From: Planctomycetota bacterium
GTDB lineage: Bacteria > Planctomycetota > SZUA-567 > H5-PLA8
Length of the DNA: 64,000 bases
Assembly (NCBI GenBank): GCA_038227875.1
Contig: JBBRPR010000012.1
Coordinates: forward strand, 1-64,000
Direction: 5' to 3'
The first letter of the stretch is position 1. Each line of letters starts with the position of its first letter. This document shows positions 1 through 8,826 of the stretch, in pieces. Under the pieces are notes generated by a model. It was not told the origin of the DNA. It did not search any database and saw nothing but the letters and a program-made list of their open reading frames with translations. The position numbers and the translations under genes are program-made.

Positions 1-1
1 C

Positions 2-205
2 GTCGGTTTTTCCGGCACCAGGTTCGCCGAGAAGGATAACGCACGGAATCTTGTCTAACTCCGGGTCCTGAAGAGAGACTAGTTGTGGATTTGCCACTTT
101 AAATAATGGGCGATCTTGATCCAGCAGGAATCCTTCGTCCGAAAGTCCGGGCGGCTTATCTACGGGGTAGGCATAGCGTTTCCACGGGTATCGCATTTGT
201 TGCAT
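2..205 (-). CDS. 5' end of a STAND/NACHT-type P-loop NTPase, truncated by the left window edge
   Basis: Not in the ORF track. Manual translation from ATG at 205: MQQMRYPWKRYAYPVDKPPGLSDEGFLLDQDRPLFKVANPQLVSLQDPELDKIPCVILLGEPGAGKTD. The frame is open to the edge, with a hydrophobic strand followed by Walker A GEPGAGKT. Confidence 0.75.
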   Translation of the reverse strand, partial: MQQMRYPWKRYAYPVDKPPGLSDEGFLLDQDRPLFKVANPQLVSLQDPELDKIPCVILLGEPGAGKTD

Positions 206-468
206 CCAGTACGGTGACGCATTCTAAATCATAGACTGGTCTTACCGTGCGTCTCCAATATGTATTGACGAACTTAGCGCAGTACATTGCTTCCGTCACG
301 TTCTTTTAAGAATGAAGCGATTTCAACTATTCGTGATGCAGGGTGTATCTGCCGGCTCTCGCATCTTGCGCCACGAGAGCGACCTGCGCATAGCCGATCA
401 TTGCAGCATTCCAGTTCTTCTGATAGTGTATGCGCCCTAAACCTACTTTAAAAAGAGAGGAAATTACC

Positions 469-978
469 GTGGCCAAACGAGCGAAAAAGAAGGCTGCTAC
501 AAAGGCGGAAAAGGCAATCGAACTGGAAGCTATAACGTCACCGGAAACCACCATCGAAACAACCGCCGCGCCAAAGAAGCGCGGTCGCCAGTCCCCCTAC
601 GACGCGGAAGCAAAAGCCGCGATCCTGAAAGCCGCGGCCGATGCGCGCGCCGCCGGCAAGTCCTGGGCGGAAGCGTTAGATGCTGCACGTGCGGCAGGCT
701 ACAAGGGATCGTTGCAGTATTTGATGAAGACAGCCAGGGAATCTGGGGTGGTAAAGATGAAGACCAGGCGCAAACGACGGAATACTTCAGCAGCGGTATC
801 GGTCAAGTCGGCGAAACGCAAACCTGGTCGGCCGGCGAAAGTGGCTACCGTTGTGGGCACTGGCCTCGTCGATATCGAGAAGATTGTCGCCGCGATGGTT
901 GGGTCGCGAGTAGCCGCGGCAATCGGTCAGGCCGTTGCTGCGCTAGAGACGGTCACTAAGGAGCTGAAAAATCTGTAG
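469..978 (+). CDS. Lys/Ala/Arg-rich putative DNA-binding (nucleoid-associated-like) protein
   Basis: GTG at 469 after AGAGAGG RBS. Basic motifs KKRGRQ and KRKPGRPAK (AT-hook-like), with an amphipathic C-terminal helix. Confidence 0.6.
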   Translation: MAKRAKKKAATKAEKAIELEAITSPETTIETTAAPKKRGRQSPYDAEAKAAILKAAADARAAGKSWAEALDAARAAGYKGSLQYLMKTARESGVVKMKTRRKRRNTSAAVSVKSAKRKPGRPAKVATVVGTGLVDIEKIVAAMVGSRVAAAIGQAVAALETVTKELKNL

Positions 979-1305
979 ATGCGCCGGGAACCTAAAGTTC
1001 CGACCGTCTCGGATTAATCGCACTGCCTTTCTATTGAATGATCGAACAGCCGGTGTCGCCGCGAATATGTGAGGGGCGGTTCCGATTTAGATCCCCATAG
1101 CTCGCCCTGCTGCAAAGTGAAGGCAGCAGGACTTCGTCCAACTTTGAATATGCCAAGTCGCTGGCACATACAATCCCGTTGAGGGTATAGTTCCATCGGA
1201 GATGTCGTCGATGACCACTGTTCGAAGCGCCGTCGCAGCGATTCGAATGTGGCCTGTCAGATTCAATGCCCGCAGGGCAAGGAGGTGCGAGAAAAGGAGA
1301 ACATC

Positions 1306-2427
1306 ATGGCCAAGTTACCACGATCGTTCGTGATGATGTTGCGGCGTCGGTATCGCGTGTACTTCAACCCCCAAGGCGCCGGTTGGTACGTCGCTTACAA
1401 CGATGGCGTACAGCGGCAGCGCCGCAGTCTGGGGGTAGGAAATAAACTCGAAGCCGAAGCTGCAGTAAAGTTGTTGGATGAGCCGCCCTCGGCCGCACAG
1501 CAACCCAAGTACCGAGCAACCTGGAGCGATGTTCAGAAGGGCTATCTGGAGCACAAGAGCTCACTGAACCGGGCGCCGTCAACACTGGAGCACTACAGCA
1601 ACGCGCTGAAGGCCTTTGGCGCGTATATCGGTGGTCAGGGCGTGCAATATGTAGACGAAGTAAGTCTAAGCACGCTGGAAGGGTTTAAAGCGTACCGGGT
1701 GAAGCAGGGATGCGACGTGAGCACGGCCTACAACAACGCCATCGTCGTGAAGGGTGCTTTCAAGTGGGCTGCGAAGGCTGCACGGGGTTATCTGACGTTC
1801 AACCCCGCGCTCGATTGGGAAACACCGGCACCCCTGAAGCCCAAGCGCAAGACGTACACTGCCGAAGATGTAGCCATGCTGGAAGCCGGCGTAAGTGATT
1901 GGCTGCGGCCGGTGGTCACGACGCTGGCATGGTCTGGCATGCGGATCAACGAACTGGTGAACCTCCGCTGGCAAGATATCGATTTCGAGCGGCGGTTGAT
2001 CCATATCCGTGTTCAGGAGGAGTGGCAACCCAAGGGTAAACGGGATCGTGTGGTTCCGATGCATCCGAAGGTTGAAGCGATTCTACCAGGCCAGCGAATC
2101 GGACAGCACGTCTTCACCGGTAGGCGCGGCCAGAGGCTGCTATCGCGTTCTACGCTACGCAAGCTGCGCACGGATCAAGAAAAGTTGGGGCTGGCGTTCG
2201 GAGATCTTCATGCATTCCGGCGCTTCTTTGCAACAACGATGATCCGAAATGGCGTGGACGCGGAGACGGTCAGGCAGTGGGGTGGCTGGAGGTCGTTCAA
2301 CACGATGCTGCGATACTTGGCCGACGTGAACGCAGGCGATTCTGTAAAGGCAATGGACGCCGTAGTTAGCCGTATGAACGATGAAGCCAAGAAAAATGAC
2401 AAAGAAATGACAAAGAAGCCTGCGTAG
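1306..2427 (+). CDS. Tyrosine recombinase / phage-type integrase
   Basis: ATG at 1306 after AAGGAG. Catalytic set: R (SGMRINE), K (PKGK), HxxR (LHAFRR), W in place of the second H (WGGWRS), Y (MLRYL). N-terminal SAM-like region. Confidence 0.92.
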   Translation: MAKLPRSFVMMLRRRYRVYFNPQGAGWYVAYNDGVQRQRRSLGVGNKLEAEAAVKLLDEPPSAAQQPKYRATWSDVQKGYLEHKSSLNRAPSTLEHYSNALKAFGAYIGGQGVQYVDEVSLSTLEGFKAYRVKQGCDVSTAYNNAIVVKGAFKWAAKAARGYLTFNPALDWETPAPLKPKRKTYTAEDVAMLEAGVSDWLRPVVTTLAWSGMRINELVNLRWQDIDFERRLIHIRVQEEWQPKGKRDRVVPMHPKVEAILPGQRIGQHVFTGRRGQRLLSRSTLRKLRTDQEKLGLAFGDLHAFRRFFATTMIRNGVDAETVRQWGGWRSFNTMLRYLADVNAGDSVKAMDAVVSRMNDEAKKNDKEMTKKPA

Positions 2428-2627
2428 CGGAAAAATGGCATGGCGTGGAATGCAGGTAAGTCGTTGAGCGTAAATAGCTTCTGCTGATGCGACTCAGCAG
2501 ATGTCCGAGAATGTTACAAAATGTTACATGTTTCGGGGTCGCTGCTATTTTCCGTACAACAATATTGTTGTACTTTGGAGGGTGCTCCGAGCTTCGCCTC
2601 TTTTGCGTTGGAACAGTTCACTCTTTT

Positions 2628-2655
2628 ACTATAGACCGTGGAATGAGTCTGTCAA
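2628..2655 (-). promoter_or_regulatory. Near-consensus sigma70 promoter pointing left, toward the att region and integrase 3' end
   Basis: Minus strand reads TTGACA-N16-TATAGT. Confidence 0.45.
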
Positions 2656-2757
2656 TTGATTTGTTTATAAAGTTTTAAATTTAGGTTCTGGCTGGCGCGG
2701 AGCGGGCAAAGGTTGCAGGTGGAGCCGTGGATTCTTTCCGGAAAGGGCGGGTGAGCG

Positions 2758-3504
2758 ATGGCCAAGACGTTTTTGTTTTTCGGCGCGCATTGCGACGACT
2801 GCGAGATTGGCGCCGGCGGGTTGATGATCCAGGCGGCGCGGGCAGGGCATCGCGTCGTCGTCGTTTCGGCGGTCAGCGATTTTTCGACCTGGGCGGCGAC
2901 GCGCGGCCGGGAAGCTCAGACCACGGCGGCGATGCTGAAACTTGCCGCGGATCATGGCATCGAGAAGCGCTTCCTGAATCATCCGTATCACGTCATCGAC
3001 GGCGGCGACCTGGAGTTAAAGCGTGAATTCGCGCGCATCGTGCTGGAGGTGAAGCCGGACGCGGGATTTGTGCATCACACGGAAGATCACTTTCCCGATC
3101 ACATCGCCTGCGGCCGCGCAGGGCATGACGCGCTGTTGTTTTCGCATGGGCTTTCCGGCGATTTGAATTCGCCGCGTTGTCCGCTGATCTACGCCTTCAC
3201 CATCACGCCCTGGCAGACGTACCGCTTTGAGCCGGATTCGTATTTTGATGTTTCCGACGTAATGCCGGAGTACATGGAGATGCTCAACAATCTTGATCGC
3301 ATCTACATGGGCGGTGCGGATGCCCCGATGCCTCCACTGGATGAATTCCGGCAACCCAAGGAAGGCGAACGTCCCATCCGCCTGGGCGCTCATGCGCTGA
3401 CGAAGTTTGCCGATTGCATTCAGCACGGGAGCCGGGGCGGGATGAAGTTTGCGATCGGGTTGAAGAAGCTCTGGCAGATGAAGTCGCCCTCGAAATTGTG
3501 GTGA
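2758..3504 (+). CDS. PIG-L/LmbE family deacetylase
   Basis: AHCDD (HxDD) metal motif and DHFPDH motif. Confidence 0.88.
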   Translation: MAKTFLFFGAHCDDCEIGAGGLMIQAARAGHRVVVVSAVSDFSTWAATRGREAQTTAAMLKLAADHGIEKRFLNHPYHVIDGGDLELKREFARIVLEVKPDAGFVHHTEDHFPDHIACGRAGHDALLFSHGLSGDLNSPRCPLIYAFTITPWQTYRFEPDSYFDVSDVMPEYMEMLNNLDRIYMGGADAPMPPLDEFRQPKEGERPIRLGAHALTKFADCIQHGSRGGMKFAIGLKKLWQMKSPSKLW

Positions 3505-3526
3505 AGAGGCGAGGCGAAAGGTTCTC

Positions 3527-4120
3527 ATGAAAAAGCCGGCAGTTACGCAGGTTCCCGTGCACGAACTGATCTCCCACCGCTGGAGCCCCCGCGCGTTTTC
3601 GTCGCGGTTGATTCCCGCGGAACAGATCGTGAGTCTGCTGGAGGCGATGCGCTGGTCGGCGTCTTCGCGCAACGAGCAGCCGTGGGAGGTGATCTTCGCG
3701 ACGCGGGATCATGCGCCGGAGTTCGAGCGCCTGCTGGGCTGTCTCGTGGCGGGCAACCTGGTCTGGGCCAAGGACGCGCCGCTGCTGATACTGACGATCG
3801 CGCGGAAGAACTGCGGCGACGGCAGCCCCAACCGGCATGCTTTTCACGACGTCGGCTTTGCCGTCTGCAGTCTGACGCTGCAGGCACAGGCGCTGAATCT
3901 GTGGGTACATCAAATGGGCGGTTTCGATATCGAGAAAGCGCGCGCGACGTTCGCACTGCCGGCGGATCGCGATCCGGTGAGCGTGCTGGCCGTGGGCTAT
4001 TACGGCAACCCGGAGACGCTTCCGGAAAACCGACGGCAGCAGGAGACCGGTCCGCGCAGCCGCAAGGCGCTCAAGGATTTTGTCTTCACCGGAAAGTTTG
4101 GGCAATCAGCGCAGTTGTAA
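3527..4120 (+). CDS. Nitroreductase family protein
   Basis: RWSPRAF, WSASSRNEQPW and HQMGGFD motifs. Confidence 0.93.
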   Translation: MKKPAVTQVPVHELISHRWSPRAFSSRLIPAEQIVSLLEAMRWSASSRNEQPWEVIFATRDHAPEFERLLGCLVAGNLVWAKDAPLLILTIARKNCGDGSPNRHAFHDVGFAVCSLTLQAQALNLWVHQMGGFDIEKARATFALPADRDPVSVLAVGYYGNPETLPENRRQQETGPRSRKALKDFVFTGKFGQSAQL

Positions 4121-4141
4121 CGCGATGCAGGCGGCGGCACG

Positions 4142-4753
4142 TCAGGGCTTGCCCGGCGATTTGCCGAGCGCGGCGGTGTTGCCGCGCGTGAGGATCGAGC
4201 GGATTTTTACGGCGAGGCTTTCCTCGCCCGGCTTCCAGTTGGCCGGGCAGTAGCGGCCTTGCGTGTCGGTGTGTTGAATCGCGTCGAGTGTGCGCAGCAC
4301 TTCGTCGATGCCGCGGCCCACGGAGAGCTCATTGACGCTCTGGTGACGCACGATGCCGCTTTTATCGATGATGAACAGCGCGCGGAGGAACGTGCTGTCG
4401 GGCGCTTCGACGTCGTAGAGTCTGGCCAGTTTGCGCTGGTCGTCGCCGATCAACGGATAGGTGATGCCGGCGACGCCGCCTTCGTCCTTGGCGCGTTTGA
4501 GCCACGCGATGTGGGAAAGAATCGGATCGACGCTGCAGGCGATCAACTGTACGCCGCGCGCGGTGAAATCGGCGATGCGGTTCTGGAAGGCGTGAAGTTC
4601 GGAGTGGCAGACTTCCGTGAAATTGCCGGGGTAGAAAAAGAGGACGACGTAATTCTTGTCGCGGTAGTCGGAGAGCGCGAGAGTTTTGCGGTCGGAGCCA
4701 AGCGCCGCTTCCGCGGAAAACGCGGGCGCCGTGCGCCCCACGAGCATGCTCAT
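4142..4753 (-). CDS. ahpC: 2-Cys peroxiredoxin (AhpC/TSA family)
   Basis: FFYPGNFTEVC (PxxxTxxC), RALFIID, GRGIDEVLR and the resolving Cys in YCPANW. Confidence 0.88.
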   Translation of the reverse strand: MSMLVGRTAPAFSAEAALGSDRKTLALSDYRDKNYVVLFFYPGNFTEVCHSELHAFQNRIADFTARGVQLIACSVDPILSHIAWLKRAKDEGGVAGITYPLIGDDQRKLARLYDVEAPDSTFLRALFIIDKSGIVRHQSVNELSVGRGIDEVLRTLDAIQHTDTQGRYCPANWKPGEESLAVKIRSILTRGNTAALGKSPGKP

Positions 4754-4779
4754 TGGTGTAATCCCTCCGTCGTGCGTTG

Positions 4780-4808
4780 AGCGTAGTCAAGGCATTAGGA
4801 AGGGTCAA
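4780..4808 (-). promoter_or_regulatory. Putative sigma70 promoter of the peroxiredoxin gene
   Basis: Minus strand TTGACC-N17-TACGCT, just upstream of the RBS and start at 4753. Confidence 0.45.
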
Positions 4809-4845
4809 GAGTCAGCGGATTTAGTTGTCGCGAGTGCAGGGGATT

Positions 4846-4918
4846 GCAGGCGGGACGCCTGCACCACAATTCAAAAGCGTCGCGGCGAAAGAAGTTGTGG
4901 AGCAGGCGTCCCGCCTGC
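4846..4918. repeat. Inverted REP doublet (REPIN-like)
   Basis: GCAGGCGGGACGCCTGCACCACAA (4846-4869) matches the reverse complement of 4895-4918 at 23/24 positions. Confidence 0.85.
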
Positions 4919-4922
4919 TAAG

Positions 4923-5774
4923 TCAGCGGCTGACGAGTTCGGCGTTGGCGACGTGATCCTTCAGCCACGCTTTGAGCGGGACTTCACCTTCTTTGGGCAG
5001 CCAGTAGGTCATGTCGGACGTGTAGTCGGCGAGCAGCTGGCGCTGAATGGGTGTGGCGCGCGCGAGCAGTTCGGGCGACTGGGTCTGGTAGTCGAGCGGA
5101 CGGACCCAGCGATAGCTGTAGCCCATGTAAATATTTTTGCGCGTGATCGGCGAGAAATTCGGGCCGACGGAATGCCACAGGCGTTGCTGAAAGATCACCG
5201 CGTCGCCGGGTTCGGTGAGGACTTCGATCGCGCCTTCCGGGTCGATGGCGTCGGGGCGGTTGGCGGGAAGCTTCGGCCGTTCGGCGCGTTTGTGGCTGCC
5301 GGGAATCACGCGCAGATTGCCGCGGCCGGGCTGCGTCAGGTCGGTGAGGAAGTAGCCGATCTTGGTGTAGATCCACGGAAAGGTGCCGTGGACGGCGAAG
5401 ACTTCTTCGCAGCCGTCGCGGTGCCAGTCGATGGCCTTGAACGTCGCGGCCGTTTCTGGCGGCTGCGGCGGGCGGACCATGACGTGCGAGGTGTTCAGCT
5501 GGATGCCGCCTCCCATCAATTCCGCCACGAGCGGAAAGGCGCCGGGGTAGTCGAGCAGTTCGAGCAGCTGCGCTTCACGCGCGATGGCGTTGCGGATCTC
5601 CACGAACGCGCCGGCGCTGGCCTGCTGTGCAGCGCGGTGTCTGGCGTCGAGCGCATCGACGACGGAAATCCAGCGCGCGACCTGTGCGGCATTGAGCGCC
5701 TGCTTGACGATCAGGTAGCCGTTGTCTTCGAAGAAGGATTTCTGTTCAGCGGTGAGATGAATGGGCTCGGTCAT
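4923..5774 (-). CDS. Phytanoyl-CoA dioxygenase (PhyH) family Fe(II)/2OG dioxygenase
   Basis: FFEDNGYLIV start, WHRD (HxD), LRVIPGSH, PGDAVIF and distal His in LWHS. Confidence 0.9.
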   Translation of the reverse strand: MTEPIHLTAEQKSFFEDNGYLIVKQALNAAQVARWISVVDALDARHRAAQQASAGAFVEIRNAIAREAQLLELLDYPGAFPLVAELMGGGIQLNTSHVMVRPPQPPETAATFKAIDWHRDGCEEVFAVHGTFPWIYTKIGYFLTDLTQPGRGNLRVIPGSHKRAERPKLPANRPDAIDPEGAIEVLTEPGDAVIFQQRLWHSVGPNFSPITRKNIYMGYSYRWVRPLDYQTQSPELLARATPIQRQLLADYTSDMTYWLPKEGEVPLKAWLKDHVANAELVSR

Positions 5775-5798
5775 TGTTTTCTCCTCGAAACCGCGCTG

Positions 5799-5827
5799 AT
5801 AATACTATGCGTATAGCGCATTGTCAA
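5799..5827 (-). promoter_or_regulatory. sigma70 promoter of the PhyH gene, with an operator-like inverted repeat in the spacer
   Basis: Minus strand TTGACA-N17-TATTAT. The spacer contains ATGCG-N5-CGCAT (5807-5821). Confidence 0.6.
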
Positions 5828-5936
5828 GAAATTAACAGAGTCATTGATCATTGGGTGTGGGTCAGTTTTCGTTTCTCATTTTCGGAGCGCGATAGATTAG
5901 TTATTCCGCGCACTACCACGCTCCTCGTAAATGAAA

Positions 5937-5984
5937 AATGACCAATGACCAATGACCAATGACCAATATCCAATGACCAATGAC
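5937..5984. repeat. Heptamer tandem repeat (AATGACC)n, about 7 units
   Basis: aatgacc aatgacc aatgacc aatgacc aatatcc aatgacc aatgac read directly. Confidence 0.9.
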
Positions 5985-6031
5985 TCTGTTTCCTGTGGCT
6001 ATCGACCTGGGCACGGGTTATTTTTGGAAAC

Positions 6032-8095
6032 ATGTCTTACATGAGCATTCCTTCTACCCAGCAACTGGCGCGCAATTTTGCTGCGGATGTGCGGCTGAAA
6101 GTGTGGCGGGTTGAGGCGGGGCAATCCGGGCCGGTGGTATTTACCGGAGCGCGGAAGGCGTTGTTTGATGATCTGATGGCGCGCTTTGCGGAACATGAAG
6201 CGGCACGCGCGCAGGTCATTTCAGAATTGAAGACGAAGGCGGCGGTTTTGAAGCGGGCGCGGTGGGCTCACGGTCAGCTGCGGGCGTTGTATGGCCTCGA
6301 CAGGCTGCCCGCACGCACGCCGCTGAAGGCTCGGGTCAGTGACGGGTTTCGCCTTGACGGTTGCCGCGTTGAGCGCGTGATATTCGAGTCGCGGCCGCAG
6401 CTATTCGTGACGGCGAATCTGTATTTTCCCGAACACTTCACGAATCGCTTGCCGGCGGTGCTGCATGTTTGCGGACATGCGGCCAACGGGAAGGCGGCGT
6501 ATCAGGACACGAGCGTCGGGCTGGCGCGGCGCGGGATGGCGGTGCTGGCGATCGATCCGGCGGGGCAGGGGGAGCGCGACGAATATGTCGATCGCGCGAC
6601 CGGCAAACGGACTGTGGCGCGCGCGTGCCGGGCGCACGGCGCGGCTGGGGATCCGATGTACCTGACCGGCTCGAACTTTGGGCACTATCGCTTGTGGGAC
6701 TGCATGCGGGCGCTGGATTATCTGCAGAGCCGCCCGGAACTGGATCCCACGCGGATCGGCGTGACGGGACGTTCCGGTGGCGGCTGGGAGTCGCTCTGGC
6801 TGGCGGCGCTGGACCGGCGAGTTTCCGCGGTGAATTCGAATTGTTATCTGACCACGCTCCGGCGGCGCGTGGAAGCGCGGCACGAAGACGCGGAGCCGGA
6901 TCCCGAGCAGGATCCGTTCGGGATACTCGCACGCGGGTTGGATCTGGCCGACGTGATCCTGGCGTGTCTGCCGCACTGCGCCGTTTCAGTCGGCGCGACG
7001 ATTTTCGATTTCTTTCCCATCGACGGCGCGCTGGCCTGTTACCGCGAGGCGAAAGGGTTGTTCAAGATTGCGGGTGCGACCGAACGCCTCGCGATAGAAG
7101 TTGCCGATGCCGGACACGCCAACACGCCGGCGATGCAGCGGCAGTGTTTCAGTTGGCTCTCGCGCTGGCTGCGCAGTGATGATCGGTCGACGCCGGCACT
7201 GTTGCGCGCGCCGGAACGCGTGCCGGACGCGCAGACGTTTTGCACGCCAACGGGAATCGTCTTGAGTTCGCTCGGCGGAACATCGACGTCGCAACTTCAC
7301 GCCGAACGCGCGCGCGAACTGGCGCTGGCGCGTAAAGCCCGGCCGTTGACTATGCGGCAGCTCACGGCGGCGCTGCGGCGGTTGTTGCGTCTGGAAGAAA
7401 TCGGCGGAGCGCTGGAGGTCAAGCGCGGTGCGTCCACGCGGCTTGCCCAAAGCACTGTTTCGCGGATCGCGTTTGACGGCGAGCGGAATTTGGAGCTCGG
7501 CGGTCAGCTCTGGGAGCCGGCGCAGCGCGCATCGTCGTCGCGAAAGCCGGCGGTGCTTTATCTCGCTGAGAAAGCTGCGGACTATGCGCCGCTGAAAAAT
7601 TTGGACTGCAAAAAATTCGCGGCGGCGGGCAACCTCGTACTGGATTTCGATCCGCGCGGAATGGAAGCGGCCGACGATGTCTGGCTGGATTTTGTGCCGC
7701 TGCTGGAAACGAATTTGAACTCCGACGCGTTCCTGCTCGGCAAGCCGTTGCTGGGCCTGCGCGTCGCCGACGTGCTGCGCGCGGTGGATGTGCTCTGCGC
7801 GCGGCCGGACGTCGATGCGCGGAAGATTCGTGTCTATGGTGAAGGATACGGCGCGTTGCTGGCGCTGTTTGCGGGCGCGATCGATCCGCGAATTACGGCG
7901 GTGACGGAACGGCGCGGACTGTGGAGCTACGCATCGCTCTGCTTCCACCGCGAGTACGCGTGGCCGGTGAGCGTGATGTTGCCGAGCGCACTGGTGCATT
8001 TTGATTTGCCGGAACTCCGCCTCGCTCTGAAGCGGGAGAAGAAAGTAAAACTGTTGTGCATCGATCCTCTCGATCACCTCAAAAAACCGCTTTAA
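6032..8095 (+). CDS. Acetylxylan esterase-like protein with two alpha/beta-hydrolase domains
   Basis: FESRPQLFVTANLY, DPAGQGER, and nucleophile elbow GRSGGG. The second domain has DPRG and the degenerate elbow GEGYG. Confidence 0.85.
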   Translation: MSYMSIPSTQQLARNFAADVRLKVWRVEAGQSGPVVFTGARKALFDDLMARFAEHEAARAQVISELKTKAAVLKRARWAHGQLRALYGLDRLPARTPLKARVSDGFRLDGCRVERVIFESRPQLFVTANLYFPEHFTNRLPAVLHVCGHAANGKAAYQDTSVGLARRGMAVLAIDPAGQGERDEYVDRATGKRTVARACRAHGAAGDPMYLTGSNFGHYRLWDCMRALDYLQSRPELDPTRIGVTGRSGGGWESLWLAALDRRVSAVNSNCYLTTLRRRVEARHEDAEPDPEQDPFGILARGLDLADVILACLPHCAVSVGATIFDFFPIDGALACYREAKGLFKIAGATERLAIEVADAGHANTPAMQRQCFSWLSRWLRSDDRSTPALLRAPERVPDAQTFCTPTGIVLSSLGGTSTSQLHAERARELALARKARPLTMRQLTAALRRLLRLEEIGGALEVKRGASTRLAQSTVSRIAFDGERNLELGGQLWEPAQRASSSRKPAVLYLAEKAADYAPLKNLDCKKFAAAGNLVLDFDPRGMEAADDVWLDFVPLLETNLNSDAFLLGKPLLGLRVADVLRAVDVLCARPDVDARKIRVYGEGYGALLALFAGAIDPRITAVTERRGLWSYASLCFHREYAWPVSVMLPSALVHFDLPELRLALKREKKVKLLCIDPLDHLKKPL

Positions 8096-8239
8096 CGCTC
8101 GTGTTTTGCCTGCAGAAATTGCCAGAAACCTCTATGATTCAAGTATTCGTTACCCGCGGACGATAATTTGCGGAATCTGGGTACCAAGCCGCTCGATACA
8201 GTCACTAGGTAGTAGTTGGATTGCCGAGGGGGCACTGCC

Positions 8240-8608
8240 ATGAACGCACCAGCCTTGACCGTCACATCGCAGCGCATAGAAGCCCAGGACGTCACCGTCC
8301 TCTCACTTTCAGGTCCGCTTGACGGGCACACCTACGATCAGCTCGGCACCAAGCTCGACCGCCTGATCATGAACGGCATCACGCGGATTGTGATTGATCT
8401 GTCGGGTTGCGATTACGTTTCGTCGGCAGGCGTCGGCGTGTTTGTCGCGGCACGATCCAAGGCCGAACACGAGAAGGGCTGCATCGTCCTGCTGAACCTC
8501 TCCGCCAAAGTCATCAAGGTTTTCGAAGTGCTGCAGCTTCAGGATCTGCTGAAAATTGCCGCGTCGATGGACGAGGCGCTGAAGATTCTGGAAGAATATC
8601 ACGCGTAA
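8240..8608 (+). CDS. STAS-domain anti-sigma factor antagonist (RsbV/SpoIIAA-like)
   Basis: LSGPLDG, IVIDLSGCDYVSSAG with the conserved phosphoacceptor Ser. ATG at 8240 follows GAGGGGG. Confidence 0.9.
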   Translation: MNAPALTVTSQRIEAQDVTVLSLSGPLDGHTYDQLGTKLDRLIMNGITRIVIDLSGCDYVSSAGVGVFVAARSKAEHEKGCIVLLNLSAKVIKVFEVLQLQDLLKIAASMDEALKILEEYHA

Positions 8609-8613
8609 AATCG

Positions 8614-8820
8614 GCGGCCCTGGCTGTTGGCTCTTAGCTCTTGGGAGTCCTGTCGGACGAAGTGGGTGCCAGTGCGATCGCAGTGGAAGCGTTGTTCGAA
8701 ATCTATCCGGCCGAAACACTGGTAAGGATAAATCTTCGCTACGCTCAGATTTATCCGTACCAGTGGCACCAGCTCATTCCGACAGGACTCCCAAGGCCAA
8801 GAGCTACGAGCCAAGAGCCG
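8614..8820. repeat. Composite palindromic intergenic element (MITE/REP-like)
   Basis: Perfect 18-bp inverted repeat at 8640-8657 / 8778-8795 with GGCTCTT-like heptamer flanks. Inner hairpin GGATAAATCT...AGATTTATCC. Confidence 0.8.
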
Positions 8821-8826
8821 CGACCG

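Larger units (their letters stand above)
1..2501. mobile_element. Right end of a putative integrative element / genomic island
   Basis: Tyrosine integrase at the boundary, lower GC and different codon style than the core genes from 2758 on, NTPase cargo, and att-like direct and inverted repeats at 2394-2501. The left boundary is outside the window. Confidence 0.6.

Noticed and set aside
2430..2750. tRNA/tmRNA integration target after the integrase
   Set aside because: No cloverleaf, T-loop GTTCRA or CCA end was found on either strand.
4142..4753. Peroxiredoxin active-site variant FTEVCHSE instead of FTFVCPTE
   Set aside because: PxxxTxxC, the catalytic Arg and the resolving Cys are all retained, so this is within family variation.
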